A stretch of DNA of 64,000 nucleotides, taken from assembly GCF_009914755.1 (NCBI RefSeq), contig NC_060937.1. One strand, given 5' to 3'. The position numbers were made by a program, and so were the translations under genes. The notes under the pieces were generated by a model. It searched no databases. It saw nothing but the letters and a program-made list of their open reading frames with translations, and had not been told where the DNA came from. Below, piece by piece: positions 59,701 through 64,000 of the stretch (the stretch's first letter is position 1; every line of letters begins with the position of its first letter). Source of the DNA: the human T2T-CHM13v2.0 reference genome, Homo sapiens.

Positions 59701-62700
59701 ATTATATACTGTACATATAATATCAACGTACCCCAAATATATATTTTATACTCTACATGAAATATCAAAGTTCACAAACCATATATTATATACTGTATAT
59801 AAAATATCAAAGTACCCAAGGTATATATTCCATAGTGAACAAAAAATATCAAAGTACCCAAAGCATGTATTATATACTGTACATAAAATATGAAAGTACA
59901 TCAAATATATATTTTATTCTGTACATAAAATATCAAAGTACACCAGATATATATTCTATAGTGTACATAAAATATCAAAGTACCCAAACTATAGATTATA
60001 TACTGTACATAAAATATGAAATTACATCAAATATATATTATATTAGGTACATAAAATATGAAAGTACATCAAATATAGATTATATAATGTACATACAATA
60101 TCAAAGTACCCCAAATATATATTATATACTCTACATGAAATATCAAAGTTCACAAACTATATATTATGTACTGTACATAAAATATCAAAGTACCCAAAGT
60201 ATATATTCTATACTGTACAAAAAATATCAAAGTACCCAAAGCATGTATTATATACTGTATATAAAATATGAAAGTACTTTAAATATATATTTTATTCTGT
60301 ACATAAAATATCAAAGTACACCAGATATATATTCTATAGTGTACATAAAATTGCAAAGTACACAAACTATACATTATATACTGTACATAAAATATGAAAT
60401 TACATCAAATATATATTAGGTACATAAAATATGAAAGTACATCAAATATAGATTATATACTGTACATATAATATCAATGTACCCCAAATATATATTTTAT
60501 ACTCTACATGAAATATCAAAGTTCACAAACCATACATTATATACTGTACATAAAATATCAAAGTACCCAAGGTATATATTCTATACTGTACAAAAAATAT
60601 CAAAGTACCCAAGCATGTATTATATACTGTACATAAAATATGAAAGTACATCAAATATATATTTTATTCTGTACATAAAATATCAAATTACACCAGATAT
60701 ATATACTATAGTGTACATAAAATATCAAAGTACCCAAACTATACATTATATACTGTACATAAAATATGAAAGTACATAAAATATATATTATATTAGGTAC
60801 ATAAAATATGAAATTACATAAAATATATATTATATTAGTTACATAAAATATGAAAGTACATCAAATATAGATTATATAATGTACATTAAATACCAAACTA
60901 CCCCAAATATATATTTTATACTGTATATGAAATATCTAACTTCACAAACTATATATTATATACTGTACATAAAATATCAAAGTACCCAAGGTATATATTC
61001 TATACTGTACAAAAGATATCAAAGTACCCAAAGCATGTATTATATACTGTACATAAAATATGAAAGTACATCAAATATATATTTTATTCTGCACATAAAA
61101 TATCAAAGTACACCAGATATATATTCTATAGTGTACCTAAAATATCAAAGTATCCAAACTATTTATTATACACTGTACATAAAATATGAAATTACATCAA
61201 ATATATATTATATTAGGTACATAAAATATGAAAGTACATCAAATATAGATTATATGCTGTACATTAAATACCAAAGTACCCCAAATATATATTTTATACT
61301 GTACATGAAATATCAAAGTTCACAAACTATATATTATATACTGTACATAAAATATCAAAGTACCCAATGTATATATTCCATACTGTACCAAAAATATCAA
61401 AGTACCCAAAGCACGTATTATATACTGTACATAAAATATCAAAGTACATCAAATATATATTTTATTCTGTACATAAAATATCAAAGTACACCAGATATAT
61501 ATTCTATAGTGTACATAAAATATCAAAGTACCCAAACTATACATTATATACTGTACATAAAATATGAAATTATATCAAATCTATATTAGGTACATAAAAT
61601 ATGAAAGTACATAAAATATAGATTATATACTGTACATAAAATATCAAAGTACCCCAAATATATATTATATACTCTACATGAAATATTAAAGTTCACAAAC
61701 TATATATTATATACTGTACATAAAATATCAAAGTACCCAAGGTATATATTCTATACTGTGCAAAAAATATCAAAGTACCCAAAGCATGTATTATATACTG
61801 TATATAAAATATGAAAGTACATCAAATATATATTTTATTCTGCACATAAAATATCAAAATACAACAGATATATATTCTATAGTGTACATAAAATAACAAA
61901 GTACACAAACTATACATTTTATACTGTACATAAAATATGAAATTACATCAAATATATATTAGGTACATAAAATATGAAAGCACATCAAATATAGATTATA
62001 TACTGTACATATAATATCAACGTACCCCAAATATATATTTTATACTCTACATGAAATATCAAAGTTCACAAACTATATATTATATACTGTACATAAAATA
62101 TCAAAGTACCCAAGGTATATATTCCATACTGTACCAAAAATATCAAAGTACCCAAAGCACGTATTATATACTGTACATAAAATATGAAAGTACATCGAAT
62201 ATATATTTTATTCTGTACATAAAATATCAAAGTACACCAGATATATATTCTATAGTGTACATAAAATATCAAAGTACCCAAACTATACATTATATACTGT
62301 ACATAAAATATGAAATTACATCAAATATATATTAGGTACATAAAATATGAAAGTACATCAAATATAGATTATATACTGTACATAAAATATCAAAATACCC
62401 CAAATATATATTATATACTCTACATGAAATATCAAAGTTCACAAACTATATATTATATACTGTACATAAAATATCAAAGTACCCAAGGTATATATTCTAT
62501 ACTGTGCAAAAAATATCAAAGTACCCAAAGCATGTATTATATACTGTATATAAAATATGAAAGTACATAAAATATATATTTTATTCTGTACATAAAATAA
62601 CAAAGTACACCAGATATATATTCTATAGTGTACATAAAATAACAAAGTACAAAAACTATAAATTATATACTGTACATAAAATATGAAATTACATCAAATA

Positions 62701-64000
62701 TATATTAAGTACATAAAATATGAAAGTACATCAAATATAGATTATACACTGTACATATAATATCAATGTACCCCAAATATATATTTTATACTCTACATGA
62801 AATATCAAAGTTCACAAACCATACATTATATACTGTACATAAAATATCAAACTACCCAAGGTATGCATTCTATACTGTACAAAAAATATCAAAGTACCCA
62901 AAGCATGTATTATATACTGTACATAAAATATGAAAGTACATCAAATATATATTTTATTCTGTACATAAAATATCAAAGTACACCAGATATATATTCTATA
63001 GTGTACATAAAATATCAAAATACCCAAACTATACATTATATACTGTACATAAAATATGAAATTACATCAAATATATATTAAGTACATAAAATATGAAAGT
63101 ACATCAAATATAGATTATATACTGTACATAAAATATCAAAGTACCCCAAATATATATTATATACTCTATATGAAATATCAAAGTTCACAAACTATATATT
63201 ATATACTGTACATAAAATATAAAAGTACCCAAGGTATATATTCTATACTGTGCAAAAAATATCAAAGTACCCAAAGCATGTATTATATACTGTATATAAA
63301 ATATGAAAGTACATCAAATATATATTTTATTCTGCACATAAAATATCAAAATACAACAGATATATATTCTATAGTGTACATAAAATAACAAAGTACACAA
63401 ACTATACATTATATACTGTACATAAAATATGAAATTACATCAAATATATATTAGGTACATAAAATATGAACGTACATCAAATATAGATTATATACTGTAC
63501 ATATAATATCAATGTACCCCAAATATATATTTTATACTCTACATGAAATATCAAAGTTCACAAACCATACATTATATACTGTACATAAAATATCAAAGTA
63601 CCCAGGGTATATATTCTATAGTGTACAAAAAATATCAAAGTACCCAAAGCATGTATTATATACTGTACATAAAATATGAAAGTACATCAAATATATATTT
63701 TATTCTGTACATAAAATATCAAATTACACCAGATATATATACTATAGTGTACATAAAATATCAAAGTACCCAAACTATACATTATATACTGCACATGAAA
63801 TATGAAATTACATAAAATATATATTATATTAGGTACATAAAATATGAAATTACATAAAATATATATTATATTAGTTATATAAAATAAGAAAGTACATCAA
63901 ATATAGATTATATACTGTACATTAAATACCAAACTACCCCAAATATATATTTTATACTGTATATGAAATATCAAACTTCACAAACTATATATAATATACT
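47790..64000. repeat. Domain D: diverged HSat1A subfamily with mixed 373-bp (5-bp deletion in monomer 7) and 378-bp HORs
   Basis: Monomer 7 often reads AAATATATATTAGGTAC instead of AAATATATATTATATTAGGTAC. The frameshifted 'MKLHQ' ORFs start at 51913, 52286, 52658, 53031 and 53404 (spacing 372-373) and at 54029, 54402 and 54775. ACACCAGATA is nearly fixed in monomer 5. CTCTACATG, TCAATGTACC, ACAAACCATA and AATAACAAAGTACACAAACTATAAATT are frequent, and there are more private substitutions per unit. Confidence 0.88.

Larger units (their letters stand above)
1..64000. repeat. Human satellite 1A (HSat1A / classical satellite I / SAR)-type 42-bp tandem array, single orientation, continuing beyond both window edges
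   Basis: Seen: continuous 42-bp periodicity (14-aa period in the ORF track). GC is roughly 20-25% (10/42 in the monomer counted). Most monomers have two GTAC sites, dividing them into GTACATAAAATATCAAA (17 bp) and GTACCCAAACTATACATTATATACT (25 bp). Established: classical human satellite I consists of alternating 17- and 25-bp RsaI fragments, and HSat1A has a 42-bp monomer with a 378-bp 9-mer organisation. The family is recognised from memory; no database search was run. Confidence 0.93.

Noticed and set aside
15252-62645. Recurrent 60-96 aa minus-strand ORFs (MFYVQYIMYSLGTLIF...), hydrophobic and resembling small membrane proteins
   Set aside because: They appear only where a few substitutions (e.g. 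the TCA>TGA variant on the + strand) remove minus-strand stops. They simply mark the super-HOR period.
42-63815. Dozens of long + strand ORFs (up to 1501 aa) encoding 14-aa Y/I/K-rich repeats, as possible repeat-protein genes
   Set aside because: They are translations of a 42-bp satellite (a multiple of 3). There are no non-repetitive domains or gene structure, and ORF ends coincide with amplified point mutations and indels.
1-64000. CRISPR-like array (conserved TGTACATAAAATAT core alternating with variable segments)
   Set aside because: The variable parts are homologous to one another and cycle every nine units. There are no unique spacers, leader or cas genes.
1-64000. Embedded transposon, inversion or unique island
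   Set aside because: None was seen on reading through. The strand signature (CATAAAATAT on +) is constant from end to end. A very short insertion could have been missed by eye, but the marker spacings checked are explained by 42n with 1- or 5-bp deletions.
1-64000. TATA-box-like and AATAAA motifs as promoters or polyadenylation sites
   Set aside because: They are expected by chance in ~78% AT repetitive DNA, and no individual site can be supported from sequence alone.
1-64000. Origin from an AT-rich microbial, protist or organellar genome
   Set aside because: The 17+25-bp RsaI structure and 378-bp 9-mer fit primate HSat1A, and there is no gene content suggesting another source.

Overview
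The whole 64-kb window is one uninterrupted, single-orientation array of a very AT-rich 42-bp tandem satellite (e.g. ACATAAAATATCAAAGTACCCAAACTATACATTATATACTGT). Its GTAC (RsaI) sites are spaced 17+25 bp, and monomers are grouped into a 9-monomer, 378-bp higher-order unit. This matches classical human satellite I / HSat1A (SAR), a pericentromeric and acrocentric satellite of human and possibly other great apes; the chromosome cannot be determined from the window. I see no genes, RNA genes, transposons, inversions or unique sequence. The long Tyr/Ile/Lys-rich ORFs are by-products of a 42-bp (14-codon) repeat with one stop-poor frame. The real information is the array architecture, in four domains: (A) ~1-14.2 kb, patchwork 378-bp units with local 3275-bp-offset and 1512-bp duplications; (B) ~14.2-43.5 kb, a highly homogeneous domain built on a 2141-bp (51-monomer minus 1 bp) super-repeat, with an 8563-bp-offset duplication and length variants differing by multiples of 378; (C) ~43.5-47.8 kb, a rearranged transition zone; (D) ~47.8-64 kb, a more diverged subfamily with a frequent 5-bp deletion (373-bp units) and its own diagnostic variants. 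I find no support for a novel gene-based system. All periods were derived by hand from marker and ORF coordinates, and domain boundaries are approximate.
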